The notes: a model not told the origin generated them from the sequence alone. A stretch of 20,000 nucleotides of DNA from Rhabdothermincola salaria (GCF_021246445.1 NZ_JAJQXW010000005.1:239390-259389); one strand, 5' to 3'. Positions 8,129 through 15,590 are shown, numbered from the stretch's first letter. Program-made: numbers and translations.

Positions 8129-8734
8129 ATGTCCACGACCATCGCTCCCTCTCGTCGCCCCTCTCGCACCCTCTCGGCCCTGGCTGTCGTGGTCCTGCTC
8201 GGCCTCGGCGCCGTGGCGTGCGGTGACGACACGTCCGACGAGGTCGGGGCCGAACCCAGCGGCGAAGCTGCGACCTCGACGACCACCAGCACCGACGGGC
8301 GGACCGTCGAGGTCGTCGCCACCGACTTCGCCTTCGACGGGCTGCCCGAGGAGGTGCCCGTCGGCACCCAGGTCACGCTCGTCAACGACGCGGGCCGTGA
8401 GCTCCACGAGTTGGTGGCGTTCCGCCTCCCCGACGACGAGACCCGCACCGCCGAGGAGCTCATGGCCGATCCCTCGGCCCTGGGCGGTCTGCTCGCCGGG
8501 GCCGAGCCGACCATGGTGCTGCTGGCCGAGGCCGGCGCGCCCCAGATCGCTGCGGTCGGCGACGGGACCTTCACCGAGCCCGGTCGCTACCTCGTGATCT
8601 GCGCCATCCCCACCGGCGCCGACCCGGCCGAGTACCTGGCCGCCGCCGCCACCTCCGACGGGCCGCCCCAGGTGGAGGGTGGCGCTCCGCACTTCGCCCA
8701 CGGGATGTGGGGCGAGGTCGAGGTCGTGGCCTGA
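8129..8734 (+). CDS. Cupredoxin-like (type 1 copper) lipoprotein (201 aa)
   Basis: GAGGAG RBS before ATG 8129. Signal peptide with lipobox AVAC. Cupredoxin strands VEVVATDFAF...VTLVN...HELV...PGRYLVIC...PHFAHGMWGEVEV give His, Cys, His and Met ligands. Confidence 0.85.
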   Translation: MSTTIAPSRRPSRTLSALAVVVLLGLGAVACGDDTSDEVGAEPSGEAATSTTTSTDGRTVEVVATDFAFDGLPEEVPVGTQVTLVNDAGRELHELVAFRLPDDETRTAEELMADPSALGGLLAGAEPTMVLLAEAGAPQIAAVGDGTFTEPGRYLVICAIPTGADPAEYLAAAATSDGPPQVEGGAPHFAHGMWGEVEVVA

Positions 8735-8770
8735 CGCTGCTCGTGCGCGGACGGCCGCCGCGCCGACGAG

Positions 8771-8797
8771 GAGGCCCGGGGCGACGCCCCGGGCCTC
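8771..8797 (+). terminator. Hairpin after the cupredoxin gene, probable terminator
   Basis: GAGGCCCGGGGC-GAC-GCCCCGGGCCTC: perfect 12-bp stem 36 bp after the stop. No U-tract, which is common in Actinobacteria. Confidence 0.6.
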
Positions 8798-8855
8798 GTC
8801 GCGTGGACCGAGAGATCGACGACCGGGCATCGCCCTGGCGGTGAGGTACGGATGC

Positions 8856-8877
8856 ATGTCGCGGCGCGCCGCGACAT
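8856..8877. repeat. Perfect 22-bp palindrome upstream of the small secreted protein gene
   Basis: ATGTCGCGGCG|CGCCGCGACAT is its own reverse complement. Confidence 0.7.
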
Positions 8878-8978
8878 CGCGAGAAGAAAGCCGCGAGCGC
8901 GCGTAAGGACCTCGGCGTTCGACGGTCAGGAGGGGTGACGGGCCGGAGACGCCGGCCCTCACCCAGAGGAGAGATCCG

Positions 8979-9329
8979 ATGACCAGCATCCGCACCCGCA
9001 CCCTCCGCATCGTCGCCGCCACCGCCCTCACCGTGGGCCTCGCCGGCTCCAGCACGGCCGTCTACGCCCTCACCCCCGCGCCGGATCCCGGGCCGACCGA
9101 CCTGGCCCCGGGCGGCAACGGGCCGGACGATCCCGGCTTCGGTGGTCCCGACGACCTCACCACCCCGACGACCGAGCCCGAGTGCCACCCGTTCCTCGCC
9201 ACCTGCGACCTCGCCCCGAACCCGGAGGACCCCGGCGACCCCGGCGACCCCGAGGTCGACGACGGTGGCCCCGAGGTCGACGACGGTGCCGCCGTCCCGG
9301 TCGTGGTGCGTCCCACCTTCACCGGCTGA
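8979..9329 (+). CDS. Small secreted acidic, Pro-rich protein with C-terminal VRPTFTG (116 aa)
   Basis: AGGGGAG RBS. Sec-type signal peptide (RTRTLRIVAATALTVGLAGSSTAVYA). Low-complexity D/P/G body with a CHPFLATC Cys pair. Confidence 0.8.
   Translation: MTSIRTRTLRIVAATALTVGLAGSSTAVYALTPAPDPGPTDLAPGGNGPDDPGFGGPDDLTTPTTEPECHPFLATCDLAPNPEDPGDPGDPEVDDGGPEVDDGAAVPVVVRPTFTG
9228..9288 (+). repeat. In-frame tandem repeats (9-bp DPG units and 21-bp PEVDDG units)
   Basis: GACCCCGGC occurs twice plus a partial copy from 9228. CCCCGAGGTCGACGACGGTG occurs at 9248-9267 and 9269-9288. Confidence 0.85.
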
Positions 9330-9378
9330 ACGTGGACCCCCTCCCCCTGCTCGCCGGTCCGTGTGATGCTGGCTGACG

Positions 9379-11010
9379 ATGGCTCGACGCTTCGACGACG
9401 ACCCGGACTTGGTGCTCGCCGCTCGCTTCGGCGACGAGCAGGCCTTCACCACCCTCTTTCGACGGTGGTTCGCCCCCTGCGTCGACGTGGCTCGCCGGAT
9501 CGTGCGCGACGACGACACGGCCGCCGAGGTCGCCCAGGAGACGTTCCTGGTGGCCTGGCGTCAGCTGGGCACGCTCCGCGACCCGTCGGCCTTCGGGGGG
9601 TGGGTGCTGCGCACCAGTCGCAACAAGGCGCTCAACCGCCTCGAACGGGAGCGGCGCAGCATCGCCGTCGACCAGGACGAGTCACCGGTGCTGGCCGAGC
9701 TCGAGGCGGGTGGCGACGTGGCCGCTGACGTCGCCGCCCGCGACCAGCAGCAGCTGGTGTGGGCGGCGGCGGCGGCCCTGGGCGAGCGAGATGCCAGCAT
9801 CCTCGACCTCCACCTGCGCCACGAGCTCGATGCCGGTGAGATCGCCGAGGCCCTGGGCGTCACCCCCAACAACGCCCACCAGTTGCTCTTCCGCATGAAG
9901 GGTCGCCTGGCCTCGGGGATACGCGCCTGGGTGCTGTTCAAGGGCGGCGACCCCGCCTGCCCGGAGTTGGCGGCCGATCTGCGTCGGTCCGATGCCCTGC
10001 GCTTCTCGGCGGCCACCGTGAAGGTGGTCGGCCGGCACGTGCAGCGCTGCGACGACTGTGCCGACCGACAGGCCGCGGTGCTCGCCCCCGAGGCGCTGTT
10101 CGCCTCGGTGCCGCTGCTGCCGATCGGGGTCGGGCTGCGCGAGCAGGTGGCCGAGGGTCTGCGCCAGGCCGGTGTGCCTCTCGGCCCCGACGCCGCCGTC
10201 CCCGTGGAGCCGGCGGCCACGGAAGGCGCCGGCGCCCCCGACGCCGACCTCTCGGTCGACGGCGACCACGGCGCGGGCGAGGGGCACCCCGGTCCGGTCG
10301 CCGAGGCGCCGGCGCCGGACCGCGACAGCACCACCGCCCTCGCCTCTCCCGCCACCGTCGGGGTCGAGCCATCGGTCGGTGTCGGAGACCCGCCGTCGGG
10401 CGAACCGAGATCGTCCCGGGCCGCCATCGCCGTCGTGGCGCTGCTGTTGGTGCTGGCCGGCGGTGTGCTCTGGGCGCTGCGCTCCGGCGGCGACGACGAG
10501 GTCGAGGTGGTCGCGGCCTCCGAGCCCGGGTCCACGTCGACGGCTTCCCAGCCATCGAGCACCGCCCCACCCGCGCGGGAGCCCGAGCTGGTGATCGAGT
10601 TCGACCCGACGACGGACGTGTCGACCCCGGAGGCCCCCGTCGCACCCGTTCCGACCGACGCGCCACGGGTCCCGCCCTCACCGGCTCCGCCCGGCCCGGT
10701 GCCGCCCACCCCCGACACCACCGCTCCGCCCGCCCCACCCCCACCTCCTCCGCCGCCTCCGCCGGTGGTCGACGGCTTCGTGGCCACGCCGACGGCGCCA
10801 CCCGGGTCGTGCGCCCCGGGCCAGTTCCCCTTCGCCGTGAGTTGGGCCACGACGGGGGCCACGGCGGTGACCGTCACCAGTCCCGACGCGGTCGGACCGG
10901 TCGCCGGCGGCCCCGATGGCACGGCGACGGCGTGCGCCCTGACACCGAGCGGCACATGGACCCTCACCGCGACCGGACCGGGTGGTTCGGCGGTCGCCAC
11001 GGCCCCGTGA
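9379..11010 (+). CDS. ECF sigma-70 factor fused to a ZAS-type zinc finger, TM helix and Pro-rich extracellular extension (543 aa)
   Basis: Region 2 (DDDTAAEVAQETFLVAWRQL...FGGWVLRTSRNKALN) and region 4 (EIAEALGVTPNNAHQLLFR). C...HVQRCDDC matches HxxxCxxC. TM AAIAVVALLLVLAGGVLWAL, a poly-Pro linker and a C-terminal beta domain with two Cys. Confidence 0.9.
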   Translation: MARRFDDDPDLVLAARFGDEQAFTTLFRRWFAPCVDVARRIVRDDDTAAEVAQETFLVAWRQLGTLRDPSAFGGWVLRTSRNKALNRLERERRSIAVDQDESPVLAELEAGGDVAADVAARDQQQLVWAAAAALGERDASILDLHLRHELDAGEIAEALGVTPNNAHQLLFRMKGRLASGIRAWVLFKGGDPACPELAADLRRSDALRFSAATVKVVGRHVQRCDDCADRQAAVLAPEALFASVPLLPIGVGLREQVAEGLRQAGVPLGPDAAVPVEPAATEGAGAPDADLSVDGDHGAGEGHPGPVAEAPAPDRDSTTALASPATVGVEPSVGVGDPPSGEPRSSRAAIAVVALLLVLAGGVLWALRSGGDDEVEVVAASEPGSTSTASQPSSTAPPAREPELVIEFDPTTDVSTPEAPVAPVPTDAPRVPPSPAPPGPVPPTPDTTAPPAPPPPPPPPPPVVDGFVATPTAPPGSCAPGQFPFAVSWATTGATAVTVTSPDAVGPVAGGPDGTATACALTPSGTWTLTATGPGGSAVATAP

Positions 11011-11068
11011 CGCGGCCGGTCGCTCGGTAGGGTCACGTCCCACCGGGCCGAGTCGGCCGCCACTTCTG

Positions 11069-11121
11069 TGGTTCGGGATCCGGAGGCGCCGACGCCGGTC
11101 TTCTACGCCTACGCGTATCCC
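11069..11121 (+). pseudogene. Possible degraded fragment of a DUF5996-like gene
   Basis: With one frameshift at about 11077 it reads W-F-G/D-P-E-A-P-T-P-V-F-Y-A-Y-A-Y-P, resembling the recalled GFW(F/P)G...PAFY(A/S)YAYP motif. No intact ORF surrounds it. Confidence 0.35.
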
Positions 11122-11248
11122 ACCACGGTCCGGACTGGTGGGCCGACCGTTTCGCCTGATCGCCACGCCGGTTCGTCCCGGGTCCGGACCTCTGCGCGGG
11201 AGCTCGGCGCTCGGCACCCCCGTCCGGTGGCCGCTACGGTGCAACGCC

Positions 11249-13195
11249 GTGACAGGGGGAACTCGCAATCCACACGCCGGCCAGCCGTTCACGGACGACG
11301 ACGACGCCATCGCCGCCGCCCTCGAGGACGTGAGCATCCCGGCGCTCATGTGCTCGCTGGTCCACATGACCGGCGACCCCTCGTGGATCAGGGGCGACCT
11401 GCGACCGCAGGGCGCCATGATCAACGAGCACCAGGGGTACATGAGCGAGGAGGACAAGGCGGAGGTCCGCCGCCGAGCGCTCCCCGCCATCGCCGCCTTC
11501 CGCGACGGCGGCTGCGAGCTGCCGCCCCCGCCCTCGCCGGAGCTCATCCACGAGATGATGGCGTTCCTGGCCGCGGCCCCGGTCGACGAGTCGGTCGTGC
11601 CCCTCTTCTCCGAGGACCTCCACCTCGACGGCGCCGACGCCGGGGCCATCACCTGGGGCGACGAGATCCCGGCCGAGGTGCGCGATGCCGCCCACACCGT
11701 GGTGATCGGCGCCGGCGAGGCGGGCATCCTCGCCGGCATCCGCCTGTCCCAGGCCGGCATCCCCTTCACCATCGTGGAGAAGGCCGACGGGCCGGGCGGT
11801 ACCTGGTGGGACAACCGCTACCCGGGCGCCCGCGTCGACATCGGCAGCCACTTCTACTGCTACTCCTTCGAGCCGGCCGACCACTGGAGCGAGTACTACT
11901 GCCAGCAGCCCGAGCTGCGCGACTACTTCCGGCGGGTGGTCGACAAGTACGACCTCGAACCCCACATCCGGTACCGCACCGAGGTGGTGGCCGCCCGGTT
12001 CGACGAGTCGACCGACCGCTGGGACGTCGAGGTCCGCACCCCCGACGGGACCATCGAGCACCTCGACCCCCGCTTCGTGGTCAGCTGCGTCGGCGCCCTC
12101 AACCTGCCCCACCTGCCCGACATCCCCGGGCGCGACGACTTCGCCGGCCCCTCGTTCCACTCGGCCCGTTGGCCCGACGACCTCGACATCACCGGCACCC
12201 GCTTCGCCCTCGTCGGCGCCGGGGCCAGCGGCTTCCAGATCGCCCCCACCATCGCCGACGACGTCGAGCACCTCACCGTGTTCCAGCGCACGCCGCAGTG
12301 GATGTTCCCCAACATGAACTACCACCGCCAGGTGCCCGAGGGCGACGCCTGGGCCATGCGCCACCTGCCCTTCTACGGGCGGTGGTTCCGCTTCCTCATG
12401 TTCTATCCGGCGTCGGGTCTCACCAACGAGCACAACCGCGTGGATCCGGACTGGGACGACGGCGGGCGCAGCATCAGCGAGCGCAACGCCATGACCCGTG
12501 ACCTGTTCGGGCAGTGGATCTCCTCGCAGCTCGAGGACCATCCTGACCTGCTCGAGACGTGCATCCCCGAGTACCCGCCCTCGGCCAAGCGGATGCTGCA
12601 GGACAACGGGTCGTGGCTCACGTGCCTCAAGAAGCCCAACGTGGAGCTGGTGCGCACCGGCATCGAGAAGATCGTGCCCGAGGGCATCGTGACCGCCGAC
12701 GGTCGCCTCCACGAAGCCGACGTCATCTGCTACGCCACGGGCTTTCGCCACAACGACTTCCTGTCACCGATCCACCTGGTGGGGCGCCACGGGGTCGACC
12801 TCCACGAGCGGTGGGGTCACCGGCCCAAGGCCTACCTCGGCATCACCATCCCGGACTTCCCCAACCTCTTCTCGGTCTACGGGCCCGGCACCAACCTGGC
12901 CCACGGCGCCAGCCTCATCTTCCAGTCCGAGTGCCAGATCAACTACGTGATGAGCGCCATCCACGAGGTGCTGGCCTCCGGGGCCAGCACCATCGAGGTG
13001 CGCAAGGACGTCCACGACGCCTACGCCGAGCACTACCAGAGCGAGATCAGCCAGATGGTCTGGGCCCACCCCTCCGTGAAGCACAGCCACTTCAAGAACC
13101 CCGAGGGCGAGGTGTGGACGCTGTCGCCGTGGCCCATCCCCACCTACTGGGAGTGGACGCGGGCCGTCGACCCCGACGACTACGTGCTGGCCTGA
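11249..13195 (+). CDS. Type I Baeyer-Villiger monooxygenase, 4-hydroxyacetophenone monooxygenase-like (N-terminally extended)
   Basis: GAGEAG and GAGASG Rossmann motifs, GGTWWDNRYPGARVD, BVMO fingerprint FAGPSFHSARWP, ATGF. Has a ~150-aa N-terminal extension as in HAPMO. Start GTG 11249 is inferred from a TACGGT -10 element 8 nt upstream. Confidence 0.92.
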   Translation: MTGGTRNPHAGQPFTDDDDAIAAALEDVSIPALMCSLVHMTGDPSWIRGDLRPQGAMINEHQGYMSEEDKAEVRRRALPAIAAFRDGGCELPPPPSPELIHEMMAFLAAAPVDESVVPLFSEDLHLDGADAGAITWGDEIPAEVRDAAHTVVIGAGEAGILAGIRLSQAGIPFTIVEKADGPGGTWWDNRYPGARVDIGSHFYCYSFEPADHWSEYYCQQPELRDYFRRVVDKYDLEPHIRYRTEVVAARFDESTDRWDVEVRTPDGTIEHLDPRFVVSCVGALNLPHLPDIPGRDDFAGPSFHSARWPDDLDITGTRFALVGAGASGFQIAPTIADDVEHLTVFQRTPQWMFPNMNYHRQVPEGDAWAMRHLPFYGRWFRFLMFYPASGLTNEHNRVDPDWDDGGRSISERNAMTRDLFGQWISSQLEDHPDLLETCIPEYPPSAKRMLQDNGSWLTCLKKPNVELVRTGIEKIVPEGIVTADGRLHEADVICYATGFRHNDFLSPIHLVGRHGVDLHERWGHRPKAYLGITIPDFPNLFSVYGPGTNLAHGASLIFQSECQINYVMSAIHEVLASGASTIEVRKDVHDAYAEHYQSEISQMVWAHPSVKHSHFKNPEGEVWTLSPWPIPTYWEWTRAVDPDDYVLA

Positions 13196-13467
13196 TCGTC
13201 GTCCGGTTCGACCCGGAGCCTCGACCAGCGCCACAACCGGTCGAGGTCGACCACCCAGCCCGATGCCGCGCCGAGGCGCCGGTCGACGTAGGCGTCGAGA
13301 TCGCCCACGCGGACGTGCTCGAAGTCGGCGACATCCCCAGGCGTGCCGACCTCGGCGACGGGCACGTCCGAGGAGCCGCCGCAGCAACCGTTGCGGTGCG
13401 CCGCCCGCAGCACGAGCGCCCGGTCGCCGAGGTGGTGGCGCGCCCGAGCCGAGACGGTGAGCCTCAT
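13180..13467 (-). CDS. Small CCGG-motif protein (95 aa), HesB-like / CC-Se-motif-like, last gene of the ars operon
   Basis: ATGA overlap with the acr3 stop. Sequence MRLTVSARARHHL...NGCCGGSSDVPVAEVGTP...VGDLDAYVDRRL...RLRVE. Its 3' end overlaps the BVMO 3' end by 16 bp. Confidence 0.7.
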   Translation of the reverse strand: MRLTVSARARHHLGDRALVLRAAHRNGCCGGSSDVPVAEVGTPGDVADFEHVRVGDLDAYVDRRLGAASGWVVDLDRLWRWSRLRVEPDDDQAST

Positions 13468-14579
13468 GACGTGCGGGTGGCCGGGAAGGCCGAACGGGTG
13501 GCGTTGGCGTAGCGCACCAACAAGAGCATGACCGGCACCTCCACCAGCACCCCGACGACGGTGGCGAGCGCGGCGCCCGACTGCAGCCCGAACAGGGCGA
13601 TGGCGGCGGCCACGGCCAGCTCGAAGAAGTTACTGGCACCGATGAGCGCGCCGGGGGCGGCCACCGCGTGACGAGTGCGGAGCTTGAAGAAGACCCCGTA
13701 CGTCAAGAAGAAGATGACGACGGTCTGGATGGTCAGCGGCACGGCGATGAGCGCGATGTGGAAGGGCTGGTCGAGGATGACGTCGCCCTGGAACGCGAAG
13801 AGCACGACGAGCGTCACGATGAGCCCGGCGGGGGTCACGGGGGCGATGCGGGTGAGGAAGACGTCGTCGAACCAGCGCTGGCCTCGTCGCTGGATCAGCA
13901 GCACGCGGGTGGCGTAGCCGGCGGCGAGCGGGATGACGATGTAGAGGGCGACCGAGAGCAGGACGGTGTCCCAGGGCACGGTGATGTCGGAGATGCCGAG
14001 CAGGAACACCACGATGGGGGCGAAGGCGACCAGCATCACCAGGTCGTTCACCGCCACCTGCACGAGCGTGTAGGCGGGGTCGCCCTTGGTGAGGTAGCTC
14101 CACACGAACACCATGGCCGTGCAGGGCGCCGCCCCGAGGAGGATGGCGCCGGCCAGGTACTCCCGGGCCAGGGCTTCGTCGATGAACGGCGAGAACACCA
14201 CCAGCAGGAAGACCCAGGCGATGGCGTACATGGTGAAGGGCTTGACCAGCCAGTTCACGCCGGTCGTGACCACCAGCCCGACCGGTTCGCGACGGACGCC
14301 GACGACGGCCCCGAAGTCGACCTGGACCATCATCGGGAAGATCATCGCCCAGATGAGGACCGCCACCGGGAGCGAGACCGACGCGTACTCGTAGCGGGCG
14401 AGGGTCTCGGGGACGGCGGGCACCAACTGTCCGAGGGCGACGCCGGCGACGATGGCCAGCGCCACCCACAGGGTCAGGTACCGGCCGAAGACCCCGAGCC
14501 CGCCCCCGCCGGCGGCCTCGGCCGGCTCGGGGGCGGCCGGACCGGGGGGTGGGCTCGGCTCGAGGTCGTGGTCGGACAC
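13464..14579 (-). CDS. acr3: ACR3-family arsenite efflux transporter
   Basis: About 10 TM helices. Signature motifs RYLTLWV, NWLVKPFTM, GAAPCTAMVFVWS, GASNFFELAVAAAIALFG and VGVLVEVPVML. Confidence 0.97.
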   Translation of the reverse strand: MSDHDLEPSPPPGPAAPEPAEAAGGGGLGVFGRYLTLWVALAIVAGVALGQLVPAVPETLARYEYASVSLPVAVLIWAMIFPMMVQVDFGAVVGVRREPVGLVVTTGVNWLVKPFTMYAIAWVFLLVVFSPFIDEALAREYLAGAILLGAAPCTAMVFVWSYLTKGDPAYTLVQVAVNDLVMLVAFAPIVVFLLGISDITVPWDTVLLSVALYIVIPLAAGYATRVLLIQRRGQRWFDDVFLTRIAPVTPAGLIVTLVVLFAFQGDVILDQPFHIALIAVPLTIQTVVIFFLTYGVFFKLRTRHAVAAPGALIGASNFFELAVAAAIALFGLQSGAALATVVGVLVEVPVMLLLVRYANATRSAFPATRTS

Positions 14580-14580
14580 G

Positions 14581-15057
14581 TCAGCCGCAGCAGGCGCTGT
14601 CGGTCGAGCCCGCGGCGGCGACCGCGACCGGCTCGGGGGCCGACGACGGGGCGCAGCACGCGTCGCCTTCGCCGAGCGAGCGGTTGGTCATCTCCTCGGC
14701 GTCGCCCGTCTTCACGTACCACTCCCACTTGGCGCCGTCGGGGTCGGTGACCCAGGTCTCGGTCTTGGTGGCGTAGCAGCACATGGTGTCGTCGACGCCC
14801 GTCGTCTCGAGCCCGGTGTCGGAGAGGCGGGACTCGGCCGCGAGCACCTCGTCGGCGAGCTCGGTCTCGACGCCCAGGTGGTTGAGCGAGCCTCCTTCGG
14901 CCGCTTCGATGAGGACGAGCTTCAGCGGCGGGTCGGCGATCTCGAAGTTGGCGTAGCCGGGCTTGCGCTTGGCCACCTCGGTGCCGAAGAGCTTGGCGTA
15001 GAAGTCGACGGCGGCGTCGACGTCGGTCACGTTGAGGGCCAGCTGGACACGGGACAT
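14581..15057 (-). CDS. arsI: ArsI/CadI-family VOC metalloenzyme (putative C-As lyase), 158 aa
   Basis: ATG 15057 with AGGAG RBS. Sequence MSRVQLALNV...FYAKLFG...KPGYANF...LNHLGVE...CCYA...WVTDPDG..WEWY, including the vicinal Cys pair. Confidence 0.9.
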   Translation of the reverse strand: MSRVQLALNVTDVDAAVDFYAKLFGTEVAKRKPGYANFEIADPPLKLVLIEAAEGGSLNHLGVETELADEVLAAESRLSDTGLETTGVDDTMCCYATKTETWVTDPDGAKWEWYVKTGDAEEMTNRSLGEGDACCAPSSAPEPVAVAAAGSTDSACCG

Positions 15058-15081
15058 GTGTGGGCTCCTGGAGGTAGACTC

Positions 15082-15136
15082 ATCGATGTTCATCGATTGG
15101 TCGTCACTCTCGCAAACATATCGACAAGTGTCAATA
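15082..15136 (-). promoter_or_regulatory. arsI-acr3 promoter with two ArsR-type inverted-repeat operators
   Basis: Inverted repeats ATCGATG-TT-CATCGAT (15082-15097) and TATCGACA-AG-TGTCAATA (15119-15136). On the minus strand: TTGACA (15134-15129), 17 bp, GAGAGT (15111-15106). Confidence 0.8.
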
Positions 15137-15224
15137 CGTCGGCGCCGTCCGCGCCGAGTGCAGGAGTCCAGGGCGAGCGATGGTCGTGTCGCCGAGACGA
15201 GCGGCCCGACCGAGGAGGTCCAGC

Positions 15225-15581
15225 GTGGGGAACGAAGCGGTCGGCACCGAGGTCGCCCCGGCGGAGTGCTGCACCCCGGTGGTCGGCCGGGGCCTCGACG
15301 AAGCCGAGGCCGTCGAGTTGGCCGAGCTGTTCAAGGCCCTGGCTGATCCGGCCCGGCTCCGGGCCCTCTCGCTGGTGGCCAACGCCCCCGCCGGCGAGAT
15401 GTGCGCCTGCGACCTGGTGGAGCCCCTCGAGCGGTCCCAGCCCACGGTCTCGCACCACCTCTCGCTCCTCGTCGAGTCGGGCTTCCTGACCCGCGAGAAG
15501 CGCGGTCGCTGGGCCTGGTACCAGCTGGTCCCCGAACGGCTCGACCTGGTGCGCCAGGCCCTGGGCGTCTCGGGTCCCTGA
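15225..15581 (+). CDS. arsR: ArsR/SmtB-family As(III)-responsive repressor (118 aa)
   Basis: GAGGAGG RBS before GTG 15225. N-terminal CC pair, then FKALADPARL, EMCACDL, SQPTVSHHL and REKRGRWAWY. Divergent from arsI-acr3. Confidence 0.93.
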   Translation: MGNEAVGTEVAPAECCTPVVGRGLDEAEAVELAELFKALADPARLRALSLVANAPAGEMCACDLVEPLERSQPTVSHHLSLLVESGFLTREKRGRWAWYQLVPERLDLVRQALGVSGP

Positions 15582-15590
15582 CCCGCCGGC

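Noticed and set aside
7099..8574. N-terminal 490 aa of ORF 6625..8574 as a giant PNPOx fusion
   Set aside because: It is antisense to the hemerythrin and cupredoxin genes; the credible start is GTG 7098 with an RBS.
9228..9288. Direct repeats as a mini-CRISPR
   Set aside because: These are adjacent in-frame coding repeats without spacers, and there are no cas genes.
10670..10765. C-rich repetitive tract as a possible repeat array
   Set aside because: It simply encodes the poly-proline linker of the ECF fusion.
11249..13195. BVMO as part of the arsenic cluster
   Set aside because: It is convergently transcribed with its own putative promoter and is a typical HAPMO-like enzyme. Only adjacency links it to the ars genes.
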